Source: Verrucomicrobiota bacterium
Lineage (GTDB): Bacteria; Verrucomicrobiota; Verrucomicrobiia; Limisphaerales; CANJXF01
Direction of reading: 5' to 3'
DNA: 58,539 nucleotides
NCBI GenBank assembly: GCA_038214755.1
Contig: JBBQRQ010000020.1
Coordinates: forward strand, 1-58,539
Shown here: positions 21,057 through 31,400 of the stretch, in pieces
Layout: the number at the start of each line of letters is the position of its first letter
Position numbering within the stretch: the first letter of the stretch is position 1
Program-made: the position numbers and the translations under genes
Notes under the pieces: model-generated
The model's input: only the letters and a program-made list of their open reading frames with translations
The model's database searches: none
Told to the model about the DNA's origin: nothing

Positions 21057-22022
21057 ATGATCAAAGAAAATTCGACGGGCGCGGCGGTTTCCGTTCCGAC
21101 CAATTGTTATTCTCCCTATCACCCTTGCCTCTCATGGCGCGCTGTTTTAGCGGGAGCCGTGGCCGCACTCGGATTACATTTGCTCTTATCGTTGATCGCC
21201 TCAGGTCTGGGGCTGGCCGTTTTTGATCCGACGGGAGATCTTCATCCCGCAAAAAATTTCGGCAGAGGCGCGGCGATCGGGTGGAGCCTCTGCGCGCTGG
21301 TCTCATTATTTTTTGGCGGCTGGATCGCGGGACGGTTCAATGGCGGAAATAAATTGACGGGCGGCCTGCACGGTTTTCTCGTCTGGAGCGTGGCGATGAT
21401 TGCTACATTTGGTTTGATCGTTCTGGGTGGCGGAATGGCTCTGGGCGGAATGGCCAAAGTAGTGGGAGTCGGGATGAAAGGCGCCGGTAAAGCAGCAGCG
21501 GGAGCGGGAGATCTGGCAAAGGAATCTCTCCAACGCAACCAGGACCAAATCAAAAGTTTTCTCGACGAAGCGATGGCTTCGCGTGGGACTAATGCGAGTT
21601 CCAATCAGACCATTCGCGCTAAACGAGAAATTAGTTTCGCCATCACGCATTCGTTTGCGCCGGGATCCCTTTCGAGCGGAACGAATGCTGTCTCACAGGA
21701 AAACCGCGCCGCGCTCGTCAAAGCACTTACGGAAAACGAAGGCATGAGCGAGGCCGACGCCAACAAGCTGATCGACGATTGGTCGCAGAGCTATAACAAA
21801 TTAAAGGCTGAGTTAGACGAAGCCAAAGCGACCGCCGAAAAGAAGGCGCGCGAAACCGCCGATGTCGCCGCGCGAAAACTTTCCAAGGCCGCATTCTGTT
21901 CCTTCATCGCCTTCTGGATTGGGGCCATGTTGGCCTCGTTTGGTGGAGTCTTAGGCGCAAGGTCCGCCTACACCGAGGTGGTCCTGGTCAGAGAATCTAC
22001 TGTTGTGAAAGGGACTGTTTGA
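21057..22022 (+). CDS. Hypothetical membrane protein
   Basis: SWRAVLAGA start, several Gly-rich TMs, central helical region, C-terminal TM. Confidence 0.8.
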   Translation: MIKENSTGAAVSVPTNCYSPYHPCLSWRAVLAGAVAALGLHLLLSLIASGLGLAVFDPTGDLHPAKNFGRGAAIGWSLCALVSLFFGGWIAGRFNGGNKLTGGLHGFLVWSVAMIATFGLIVLGGGMALGGMAKVVGVGMKGAGKAAAGAGDLAKESLQRNQDQIKSFLDEAMASRGTNASSNQTIRAKREISFAITHSFAPGSLSSGTNAVSQENRAALVKALTENEGMSEADANKLIDDWSQSYNKLKAELDEAKATAEKKARETADVAARKLSKAAFCSFIAFWIGAMLASFGGVLGARSAYTEVVLVRESTVVKGTV

Positions 22023-22052
22023 TCCAACCAAAAAATTAACCGGAAATTAAAT

Positions 22053-22172
22053 ATGAAAATAAAACTTTACCCACGTCGCGATGAAGGAAAATTGGGCTAC
22101 GCCTTGGCCTGGCTTTTGGGTGTTCCTCTGCCCGTTTTGTTCCTGATTTTTCTGCTGCGCGGGTGCAACTAA
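22053..22172 (+). CDS. Small membrane protein (39 aa), absent from the ORF track
   Basis: MKIKLYPRRDEGKLGYALAWLLGVPLPVLFLIFLLRGCN; A-rich leader, single TM. Confidence 0.7.
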   Translation: MKIKLYPRRDEGKLGYALAWLLGVPLPVLFLIFLLRGCN

Positions 22173-22234
22173 ATCCGATCTTCATTCACAAAAATTATTC
22201 CGAGTGCCCAGTAGCCACTCGGCGATAGACTCGA

Positions 22235-22378
22235 CCGAAATCCGAAATCCGAATCTCCGAAATCCGAAAGAGGGTCGACATCCGAATACCGAAAGCGACT
22301 TCCAGGAGCACTTGGAAAAAATGCTTTCCCACCAGGCAGGGTTCCCCAAATTTTTCCGCCTCTCGGGTTTCGGATTTC
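22235..22378. repeat. Heptamer-period (AAATCCG) inverted-repeat element
   Basis: AAATCCGAAATCCGAATCTCCGAAATCCGAAAG...TTTCGGATTTC; similar to 35884-36051. Confidence 0.8.
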
Positions 22379-22381
22379 AGG

Positions 22382-22558
22382 CTGGGGTTCCCGGATTAAA
22401 CGCGAAGGACGCGAAGGTTCACGCAGAGGTCGCAAAGGGGAGTAGGTAAGAGAAAAGAGCTTGTGCGGAAGATTCTCACTCTGCGCTCCTCTGCGAAAAC
22501 CTTTGCGTCCTTTGCGGTAAAAACGGGTTGTCTCCACTACTCAAGAAACATCAAGAAC
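22382..22558. repeat. 9/10-bp-period inverted-repeat element, intergenic copy
   Basis: Reverse-complement match to 2657-2840. Confidence 0.88.
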
Positions 22559-22559
22559 C

Positions 22560-23543
22560 TCATTTCACAGTCAGCCGCGCGTATTCCGCCGCGCCCAGCA
22601 ACGCGGTGTTGTCATTCAAAATAATTTTCACTGGCATTTCTTCCACGAGCCATTTCATCCGGCCCACCGCCAAAAATGCTTTCATGAATTGGCCGTCCGT
22701 CAGTTTGGAAACGATTTTCGGCGCGATGCCCCCGCCAATATAAACGCCGCCGAGCGACATCATTTTCAACGCGAGATTCGCCGTCTCCGTCCCGTAATAC
22801 GTCACAAACAAATTCAGGGTCTGCGCGCCCAACTCGCATTTGTTTTCCAGACCGGCGGCCGTGATGACAGCGGCGGGGTTGGCGGTATTTTTTAATTCAT
22901 CCGCCAGCCACGCTGGTTCTTCGTAACGTTTTGTGTCGCGAAGAAATTTATAAATGTTGATCGAACCCGCGCCCGAGAGAACGCGCTCCCAACTCACCCG
23001 CCCAAATTGCGCGCGCAAATGTTGGAGCAACGCGATGTCCAAATCTGTTTTCGCAGCGAAGTCGCTGTGCCCGCCTTCGCACGCGAAGGGATGATGTCGT
23101 TTTCCATCCCACAACATTCCCGCTTCGCCCAGCCCCGTGCCCGCCGCGATGACCGCCGCGTTGCCGACCGGGTTCTTCGCGTTTGGATTGAGCGAAATAA
23201 AATCCTTTTCCGTCAGCGCGGAAATTCCATAGGCATTTGCTTCGAGATCATTGAGCAAGCCGACTTGCGGAATTTGCAGTTCACGCGCGAGATTTTTGGA
23301 ATCAATGGTCCAATCCAGATTGGTCAAATGGGCGACGCCATTTTTGATTGCGCCGGCCACGCCGAACGCGGCGGCTTGCGGTTTCAAATTTCTTCTCGCG
23401 AGAAACTTCCGGGTGATGCTTTCCAAATCCGAAAATTCGCGACTTGGAAATTTCTCAAACGCGGTTTGCGTGAGCGCGCCGTTGCGCAACTCGAACCAAG
23501 CCAGATTGACTTTTGTTCCTCCAATATCGCCGGCCAGAATCAT
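22560..23543 (-). CDS. glk: Glucokinase
   Basis: GDIGGTK, LLNDLEA, GTGLG, EGGH, ERVLSG, GGVYIGGGI. Confidence 0.95.
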   Translation of the reverse strand: MILAGDIGGTKVNLAWFELRNGALTQTAFEKFPSREFSDLESITRKFLARRNLKPQAAAFGVAGAIKNGVAHLTNLDWTIDSKNLARELQIPQVGLLNDLEANAYGISALTEKDFISLNPNAKNPVGNAAVIAAGTGLGEAGMLWDGKRHHPFACEGGHSDFAAKTDLDIALLQHLRAQFGRVSWERVLSGAGSINIYKFLRDTKRYEEPAWLADELKNTANPAAVITAAGLENKCELGAQTLNLFVTYYGTETANLALKMMSLGGVYIGGGIAPKIVSKLTDGQFMKAFLAVGRMKWLVEEMPVKIILNDNTALLGAAEYARLTVK

Positions 23544-23595
23544 AGCTGACGGTGGAGAAGGGCGGTGGGACAGGCAAGGGGAAATGCGGACTCGA

Positions 23596-23772
23596 TCAAA
23601 GCTTGGAAGTCGGCGTGAAGGGAAGTCCGCGTTCGCCTGAAAATAATTTTCGCAAACGGCCGTCGCTGGAACTGCTTTTTCGGCGGAGAATTTCCGGCGT
23701 CACGAGCTTTGAACTTTCGCGCCGCGCACGCCGACCTTTCAACCAGTCTTCCCAACTGATGGACTCATTCAT
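23596..23772 (-). CDS. Small basic hypothetical protein (58 aa)
   Basis: ATG overlaps the end of the upstream gene by 8 nt and the ORF fills the gap before glk. Confidence 0.5.
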   Translation of the reverse strand: MNESISWEDWLKGRRARRESSKLVTPEILRRKSSSSDGRLRKLFSGERGLPFTPTSKL

Positions 23773-24394
23773 CGGGATGCAAGGGACTTTTGATTTGGAC
23801 TTCATCGGCAACTTCTTTCACGAGCGCATCGCACTGGGGAAAAATACGGTATTCAGGTCGCTGCGCAAGGCGCTTGACTTCATTCCAGTCGAGTTCGATT
23901 TGACCTCTGAGAGCAGTGGACAGAAAGGCTTTTGCGCAATTCCGTGCTGTTTCATTTTCACCGGGATAAACGGAAACCAAAATCCGCTCGACTAACAATT
24001 CCTCAGGTTGCGAAATTTTAATTGGGCCATAAGGAGCATCAAGTTTGCGGAACGGCGTCCGAGCCAGCGTCTCAATCTGGCCGAGAATATCGACAAACAT
24101 TCCGGCGACCTGCCAGCTTCGCGGGCCGCCTTCGCCTTTTAATTTTCCCATCAATTCCTGGCGCAACCGTAGCGAGAGCGGCTGGCTCCCGGCGGAATAA
24201 CACAAATCCAAATCGCCAGAGGCGTAAGCGCCGTCGGTGTAAAATTCGATGGCCGAACCGCCCACGACGATTAACTCAACGCCTCGTTCGCGAAAGAGCG
24301 CGGAACAAATCGAAGCCAGTTTCTGACTTTTTATCGTCGGATCTTTTTCCGCCGTGATGTCCGCCAGCGCGGTTTTTATTTTCCGTTCGTCCAT
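23765..24394 (-). CDS. Putative nucleotidyltransferase (pol-beta superfamily)
   Basis: hhGGSA...SGDLDL (GG + DxD) and a later VDI strand. Confidence 0.7.
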   Translation of the reverse strand: MDERKIKTALADITAEKDPTIKSQKLASICSALFRERGVELIVVGGSAIEFYTDGAYASGDLDLCYSAGSQPLSLRLRQELMGKLKGEGGPRSWQVAGMFVDILGQIETLARTPFRKLDAPYGPIKISQPEELLVERILVSVYPGENETARNCAKAFLSTALRGQIELDWNEVKRLAQRPEYRIFPQCDALVKEVADEVQIKSPLHPDE

Positions 24395-24480
24395 TTGTCC
24401 AGAGAGTAGCGGCTCGACTCAATTTGGCGATTGAAGAAAGAAGGAACGATGGCGTGTGGTCGAAGGCTGTGACCCGACAG

Positions 24481-24585
24481 GGAGCGCGGCGTTTACGCCG
24501 CTTCGGCTCGCGCGCGCAGAAAATTTCAATGCATTCCGCGAACCTCTGCCGTGCGGGCGGTGAAGCGGCGTGAACGCCGCGCTCC
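24481..24585. repeat. GGAG-type REP doublet
   Basis: GGAGCGCGGCGTTTACGCCGCTTC ... GAAGCGGCGTGAACGCCGCGCTCC. Confidence 0.88.
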
Positions 24586-24602
24586 GTCCGGAGCATGCGC
24601 GA

Positions 24603-27035
24603 TTATTTTTTGTCGAGCGCCGCGGTGTCCCGAATTGTTTTCCTGAAGGTCAAATCAACGATCAAAGGCAAATGATCGGAAGCCACCCGCGTCCAATGAT
24701 TTTTTGGAACAGAGATTTTTTCCGGAACAAAATGGTCCGAAATAAAAACATGGTCGATGCGCGCGAAAGGTAAAAATGCTGAGAAAGTTTTTAGCGGCTT
24801 GTGATTTTTGACTCGGAGTTGCGCGTCATCCAGTCGCGCTCCGACAATTTTGTAGGCGGGCGATTCCGGCCGCGTGTTGAAGTCTCCGCAGAGAATGATC
24901 GCCTCATTTTTTTTAATTCCGCCGATCCATTTTTTTCCCATCAATTCTTCGGCTTGTTCGACACGCTCCAGTCGTCCCAAACCAAAATGCGTGCTGATTA
25001 AATTCAGCCGCAAACCTTCCACTTCGATGCGGCCCCAAACTGCGCCGCGCGGCTCGATGCGAGTCGAGCGCCGCTGATTGGCGAAGGTGTCAATGCGCAC
25101 GATCTCCACCGGGAAACGGCTCAAAATCGCGTGGCCATAATGTTCCTCGCCGCGTTTCACCGTCGGACAAAAATGGGCTTGCATCCCGACAAGATCGCCA
25201 ATCATTTTTGCCTGGTCGTGCCCGCGTGAGCGAGTGCGCCCCACATCAATTTCCTGCAACGCCACAATATCCGCGTCGCTCATTTCGATGACGCGCGCAA
25301 TTCGTTCCGGCGAAATTCGCCCGTCCATTCCGCGGCAACTATGCACGTTGTAGGACATCACACGCAACGGCCTCAATTCGCCGCCGACCTGTTCGCGCCG
25401 GCGAAACGGAATATTTTTTCGACCTAAAAAATGCAGCGCGGCTTCGTGCAAATCCGTCGGGCGAATAAATTCTTTCGCGCTTTTGGACAAACGAGTTCTG
25501 CGGGGCAGCAAACAAAAACCTTGCGTCTCGTCCAGCCCCGGCCCGCCATGCGCGCCTTGCTCGATGGGAAAAGTCCAGAGGGGCGCGTCGGGACTCCAGC
25601 CCAGCAACACGAGGTCGCCGGCGCATTCGTGTTGGCAAAGCGCGACGAGATCATGCGCGACGGCTTCCTTCAATTCGCCGGGATGCGGAAAAAATTTGGC
25701 AGCGTCTTGTGGAAGTTGAATCGTGCCGCCCGCATAAACCCACGTCGCGCCGCCCTCACCATTTTTAAATAAGATTCCGGGAATATGTCCGACCTTCACC
25801 AGTCGCTCGGCCACTTGGCGCTTCTCGTCGAGATTGAATTCTTTGGCCAGATAAAGGTGTCCGAGCGGACCCATGGCCGCGACGGAAAAAGAATTTTCTT
25901 TCTCTGCCGTCACGATTTGCTCATCCGAAAGTTTTTCAAATTCGTGTTGCGTTTTTTTTCCCCATGCCCAGTGCAAATTGGAATGAGGTTCCTGACGGCG
26001 GGCGTGACGTGGCGCGAAATTTTTTTCCATATCGGCAAAGGCATCGGCAATCACCTGCTCCACGCCGCCGGGAAATTTTTCTTCAAACGAACGCACCGCT
26101 TCCTGCCCGTGATCGGAAAAAATCCAAACTTGATAATCGCGTCGCGTCGAGCGCCGCGCCTCGCGATACAAGCGCTTGATCGCATGGTCGATCCCTTTGA
26201 GGCTCCAGTGGGCGAAAAGGGAATTGGGACCGCGCCGATGCGATTGCTCGTCGTAGCCAAGAAAATTGGCGTGAATGATCGGCAGGCCTCGCGCCAGATC
26301 GATCCTCGCGCCGATGGTGATGAACTCGCGCAAGGCGATGCAAACGAAAATGCGCACAAAAAGAAATTTTAATTCCTTGAAAAAGTTTTCTCCCTTGAAC
26401 ACGCCGCGAACTGCGTCCCACAACGCCACAAAAAATTCGACAACGGATAACAGGCCGAGACGCAGAAACGCGGAGAAATGGAGCAAGACGAGGCTGAGAA
26501 GACCAACGACCGATGTCGTTTTCCACATGTCGCCCGGCCCAATGCTCGCTCCGCAAAAATGACTTTCCGCCAACGTCGCTCCGCCGGTGTAAATGTTCGA
26601 CCATGAGCTGCCGCCTTTGAGCAGACCTTCGTCGTGCTTGACCAATTTTTCTTCCGTTGCTTTGACGCAACTCGGCACAAACATGGTCGTGACCCGTTTG
26701 GTAGCTCGCTCAAAAAAGCTGAAGGCAGGCACGGCGCATTTCACGCCGTAATAAAGTTCGGCCTGCACTGCGGGCGTGGTGGATGGAATGCCGGAATAGA
26801 ACGTGGACAAATCGTAATGTTGCCGCTGCAAAAGATTTTTCAAAAACGGCAGGCGGTTGCGGCGCAGAGCGCGCTCCATTTGATGCCGTGACAAGCCGTC
26901 AATTTGCAGAAGCAAAATTCCCGGTTCCGTGCTGGTATTTTCCGAAGTCGAGAGGCGAAAACGGCGAATGGCCCACTCGCTCCGATTTATTTTCCGGCGG
27001 CTTTTCCGCAAAAAATTATCAATGTGATCAAACAC
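24603..27035 (-). CDS. Alkaline-phosphatase-superfamily domain fused to an endonuclease/exonuclease/phosphatase (EEP) domain
   Basis: QIDGL, STTPA, YDEQSH, SDHG, GAHGG; then SYNVH, ALQE, GDFN, RIDH, ASDHLP. Confidence 0.85.
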   Translation of the reverse strand: MFDHIDNFLRKSRRKINRSEWAIRRFRLSTSENTSTEPGILLLQIDGLSRHQMERALRRNRLPFLKNLLQRQHYDLSTFYSGIPSTTPAVQAELYYGVKCAVPAFSFFERATKRVTTMFVPSCVKATEEKLVKHDEGLLKGGSSWSNIYTGGATLAESHFCGASIGPGDMWKTTSVVGLLSLVLLHFSAFLRLGLLSVVEFFVALWDAVRGVFKGENFFKELKFLFVRIFVCIALREFITIGARIDLARGLPIIHANFLGYDEQSHRRGPNSLFAHWSLKGIDHAIKRLYREARRSTRRDYQVWIFSDHGQEAVRSFEEKFPGGVEQVIADAFADMEKNFAPRHARRQEPHSNLHWAWGKKTQHEFEKLSDEQIVTAEKENSFSVAAMGPLGHLYLAKEFNLDEKRQVAERLVKVGHIPGILFKNGEGGATWVYAGGTIQLPQDAAKFFPHPGELKEAVAHDLVALCQHECAGDLVLLGWSPDAPLWTFPIEQGAHGGPGLDETQGFCLLPRRTRLSKSAKEFIRPTDLHEAALHFLGRKNIPFRRREQVGGELRPLRVMSYNVHSCRGMDGRISPERIARVIEMSDADIVALQEIDVGRTRSRGHDQAKMIGDLVGMQAHFCPTVKRGEEHYGHAILSRFPVEIVRIDTFANQRRSTRIEPRGAVWGRIEVEGLRLNLISTHFGLGRLERVEQAEELMGKKWIGGIKKNEAIILCGDFNTRPESPAYKIVGARLDDAQLRVKNHKPLKTFSAFLPFARIDHVFISDHFVPEKISVPKNHWTRVASDHLPLIVDLTFRKTIRDTAALDKK

Positions 27036-28341
27036 GCGCCGTCTTTTCCTTAACTTCTTCCTCGCTGGCCGTCATAGCGCGCACCGCGCACTCCGCCTTA
27101 TCGGCAAGCAATTTCCATTCGATCTCAATCCGTTTTGTCAAATTGGCCCACAGATCTTCTTTCTCCTGGCGGCGCTGGCGGTGCGTCTTCTGCCGAATCT
27201 CCTCGTAAAATTCCAGCGCTTTTTTCGCCGACTTCTCCGTGGAAAATTTTCGGGCGGTTTGTTTCGCGTTCGCCGCGAATTGTTTTTTCAACGCTTTTTC
27301 TGTTTTGATTTTTTTCAGACGCGCGGCGAATTCCGCTTCGCTCGCTTTGGCCGGGAGCAGGAAACCGTTTTTACCATCGCGCACCACTTCGCGCACGCCG
27401 GACGCGTCCAGCGCAATCACCGGCAAACCCGCCGCCATCGCTTCGGCAATCACCATGCCCTGCGTTTCGTTGAACGACGAAAAAGCAAAAACATCCATCG
27501 CCGCGTAGGCATCGAAAAGTTCCTGGTCGGTTTTCTTTCCCGGAATGATCAGACGGCTCAACAATTTTTGTTTTTTAAAAATGGAGCGAATTTCTTTTTC
27601 CGATGGCCCTCCGCCGACGATGAGGAAAACAGCGTTGCGTTCCGTTTTTAGAAATTCACAAACCGCGCGGCACAAATAGGCCAGATTTTTTTCCGGCGCG
27701 AGACGACCGAGATGCCCGACGACGAATGCGTCGGAAGAAATTTTATTGGCCTGCCGAAAAGATGCGCCGTTTCCGCTGCTAAAATCTTTCGTATCGATTC
27801 CAGTGGGGACGACGCGAATGGGCGATTCCACTCCGCGAGTCTTGATGAGTTTGGCGATGCTTTCGCTGGGTGCGATCACGCCGTCGCACAGGTTCGCGTA
27901 ACGCGTGGAAAGCTCGACGACAAATTGTTTGAGCGCGGGCGAATCTCCCGGGACATAGTGCGTGTAATCTTCGTAGAGCGTGTGGTGCGTAAAAATAATC
28001 GGAACGTGTTTGCCCGCGGCGATGCGGACGGCCGTGTCGCCCAGCAAAAACGGATGATGCGAATGGATGATGTTCGCCTGAAAAGCGTCGAGGGCGTCAT
28101 TGAAAAATCCGGCCACGGGCAGGCGCACGGAAAAATCGCTGCCATTAAATTGTTGCAGCGCGGGCACTCGCACCACGTTGGTTTCGACGGCTGGCGGAGA
28201 TTTCTCGGTTTGCGGGAATTCCGGGGCGACGATCAAGGTCTCGTGACCGAGGCGGCGATATTCCTCCGCGAAAGTTTGAACCGACCGCGCCACGCCGCCG
28301 ACGTGCGGCAGGTAGGTATTCGTCATCATGCAAATTTTCAT
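27028..28341 (-). CDS. Glycosyltransferase family 4
   Basis: MKICMMTNTYLPHVGGV, HSHHPF, GRLAPEKN, ETQGMVIAEAMAAG; start moved to the ATG at 28341. Confidence 0.92.
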   Translation of the reverse strand: MKICMMTNTYLPHVGGVARSVQTFAEEYRRLGHETLIVAPEFPQTEKSPPAVETNVVRVPALQQFNGSDFSVRLPVAGFFNDALDAFQANIIHSHHPFLLGDTAVRIAAGKHVPIIFTHHTLYEDYTHYVPGDSPALKQFVVELSTRYANLCDGVIAPSESIAKLIKTRGVESPIRVVPTGIDTKDFSSGNGASFRQANKISSDAFVVGHLGRLAPEKNLAYLCRAVCEFLKTERNAVFLIVGGGPSEKEIRSIFKKQKLLSRLIIPGKKTDQELFDAYAAMDVFAFSSFNETQGMVIAEAMAAGLPVIALDASGVREVVRDGKNGFLLPAKASEAEFAARLKKIKTEKALKKQFAANAKQTARKFSTEKSAKKALEFYEEIRQKTHRQRRQEKEDLWANLTKRIEIEWKLLADKAECAVRAMTASEEEVKEKTARV

Positions 28342-28389
28342 ATTTCGCGAAGTCAAAAACGAAGCACGGCGTTCAGGCCGCCTCCTGGT

Positions 28390-28439
28390 GGGTAGCACTG
28401 GCCACTGGCCTGGATCGAGCGGCGACTCGCCACTCGAAA
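28390..28439. repeat. Degenerate half of the GGTAGCAC double-hairpin REP element
   Basis: Similar to arms at 58076-58231 and 14335-14394. Confidence 0.65.
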
Positions 28440-28470
28440 TTGGAAAGGAATCCGCAACTTTTTATGAAAT

Positions 28471-31400
28471 TCATTTTACGATCAATTTAAAACTTTCCGA
28501 ATGGCTGTTGAACTCCGGCGCATACATGCATTGAATCTCCGCGATGCCCGTTTGATATTCGCCGCGCAGTTGCACGCGCGTTGAATATTCGAAGACATAA
28601 ATTCCCTTCGGCAAATAATCGATAAAGAAGTGACTCGCAGTGTCGCGCGTCGATTCGTAGTAACCCAGACCGTCCTGATATTTGTATTGCGACAAAACAT
28701 TCACCGGCTCGACTCCGCTGCCGCGCTGATCTTTCAAGTGAACATATTCCATATCGCGATCCGTCCGCAGTTCGACGCGCACGACTAATTCATCGCCGAC
28801 ATTTAATCCGCCCTTCAACGTTTCCAAAACTGGCCCGCGATTCGTATTCGTTTTTTTGAAAAGCGTTTTCTTCAACTTCAACGGCGTGCCTTCGTGCGGA
28901 GTGACCTTGGTCATGTCTTCCAGATATTGCCAATGGACACTGCCCCACGCGACGCCGGTATCGATTTTCTTCACGGTGATTTCGCCGAGCGTCGGTTTGA
29001 TTTCACCAGCGGAAAATTTCTTTTCGTAAAAACCCGTGCCCGCCTCCACTTTCTCGGGCTGAATTTTTTGCCCACCGAGCGAAACTTCCACCAGCGCGTC
29101 ACTCGCGAGATTTTTTGCGCCGCGCAAGAGCAGCGCATAGACCGCATCCGCCGTCGCTTTGGTCGTTTTCCAATCCTGTGTTTGCTTCTGTTTCAGCAAC
29201 CACACTTTGCAATCTTCCACAGCCGCCGCATCGTTCATCACTTCGTCGAACGCCTCGATCATCAACGCCTGCGTTTCAATCGGCGCGCGAAACCACCACC
29301 AGGACAATTCCAAATCGCGCCAGAACATTCCCAGTTCTTCATCGCTGACAGAACGCTCCTTCATCGAAGCCATGATGGCTCGCGCCGTTTTCTGATCGTC
29401 GAAACGATTCAATGCGATGGCCAGATGTCCCTGCGACTGGCGATTGTCCAGCTTCAACCAAAACTCGCGCGCCTGACCGAGAAAATAATCGACGGCTTCC
29501 CGCTGTTTCGCGGAAAAACTTTTATCCTTCAAAAAGAAACTGCGGCCATACAAGTAGAGCGCAATCGTCGGACTCAAATGATTTTGCTCTTTGTTTCCGT
29601 GCCGCAAAATTTCGCGATACGTCTCGTCAATCCAATTATCCAAACGATTGAGTGAACGAATCGCTGGCTCAGTTTTTACGTCGAGACCAAGATGGCGCAG
29701 TCGGCCAAAACCAGTCGTGATGTAGAGCGTGATGTAATCGTTGCCCGGCCCGCCCGGAAACCACGGCCACGCGCCGTCGTTGTTTTGCATTTGCGAGAGC
29801 TTCTCAAAATTTTTCGCGATTTCGTAGTCGAGCCGATTGTCTTCAAACAAAATTCCCACGTTGCGCCGGGCCTGACTTTCATCCTGCGCTTGTTGCACCC
29901 ACGGTGATTCTTCCAAGATCACACTTTTCAAGTCCTGATTTTTTTCCAGCGGACTATCGAGAGCGGGCGTTCCGCGCCATTGCTCGAAGACACGATGAAT
30001 TTTCGGATCGGATTTCGCGATGTATCGCGCGAGCGAGTTCGCGTAAAAGCGATTGAACGTTTGCTCCGAACATTCGTAGGGAAACTCCATCAAATAGGGC
30101 AACGCCAACACCGCATACCACGACGGATTGGAAACCATTTGCACCGTCAGATTCTGGTGGCGCAACGTATCCGAATTCGCCGACTCCAATAATTTTGTGA
30201 ACTTGAAATTTTTCTCGACCGGCCCGCGAATCGGCAACGTCATCGATTCCGTCACAAAAATTCGTCGCGACAACACCGGGAAAATTCCTTCTTCGCCATC
30301 GGAAACTTTGTCCGTCGCCGCCACCGCTTTGTAACTCAACATCGATAAACCTTCCGGCACTTTGATGCGCCAACTGAAGCTGCGCGATTCCTTCGCGGGA
30401 ATATCGAATGACTGTTCCGGCTGGGAAATTCCCAAACGTTCTGCCATAGCGTTGGCCCCATTTTCGTGGAGCCGATTTGGGTTCGACATTACATCTTCAA
30501 ACGTCAGCCGCACTTTCCCTTTCTGCGTCGCGTCACTTTGATTGGAAACCTTCACCGTGAATTCCACCACATCCCCTTCGCGCAAAAATCGGGGCGGATT
30601 CGGCTGCACCATCAAATCTTTTGCCGTCACCGTTTTTCCCTCGATGAAACCCGAGCGAACATTTTTGTCGTGAGCGAAGCCCATGAATTTCCATTGGGTC
30701 AACGCTTCTGGCATCGTGAAGGTCATCCGCACCACGCCGTTGCTGTCGGAAGTGAGTTGCGGAAAAAAGAACGCGGTCTCATTGAGATTTTTTCTCGCGG
30801 TGACCTTGCTCAAGTCGGGACCGGGTTCGCGATTCGATGGCGCGGGAGTTTTGGCGGTCGCACTGAAGTCGTCGAATTTTTCTTTCGCGAATTCGGATTT
30901 CATTTCATTGACGACGCCCATTGCCGCGGGAGCAGCGGCATTGAGCGCGAGAGCGTCTTCCATTGGAGCTGTTCCTCCCCGAGCTGAGATACCTCGGGAA
31001 CGCTCAAGGCGCTCTCCCATTCCTGAGAGGGACCGGCTAGGATAACCATATCCCCACAAATTCTGCGTTAGGTCGTAGGGAAAATGGCGGTAAGTCATCG
31101 TCGGCCCGCCGCTGCGCGAATTCCAATCGCTCCAATACGGATTAAAACCGCGCGCCATGTTTTGGAACATCGGTTGCGCCGAAGAATAATCCTGCCGAAA
31201 AATATTCAGCCGCTCCATCCAATGATGCGGCGCAAACGCATCCAGCGATTCGTCATAAAGCGTCGCCACCATTTCCGCGACGGCCAATTGTGCTGCCGAC
31301 ATTCTGTCGGCAGTTCCGTTTTTTTGCGCTGCTGACATGCGCTCGGCAGTTCCCGCTTTTTTCTGCCGACTGAAAGTCGGCAGCACGTTGGAAATCACCG

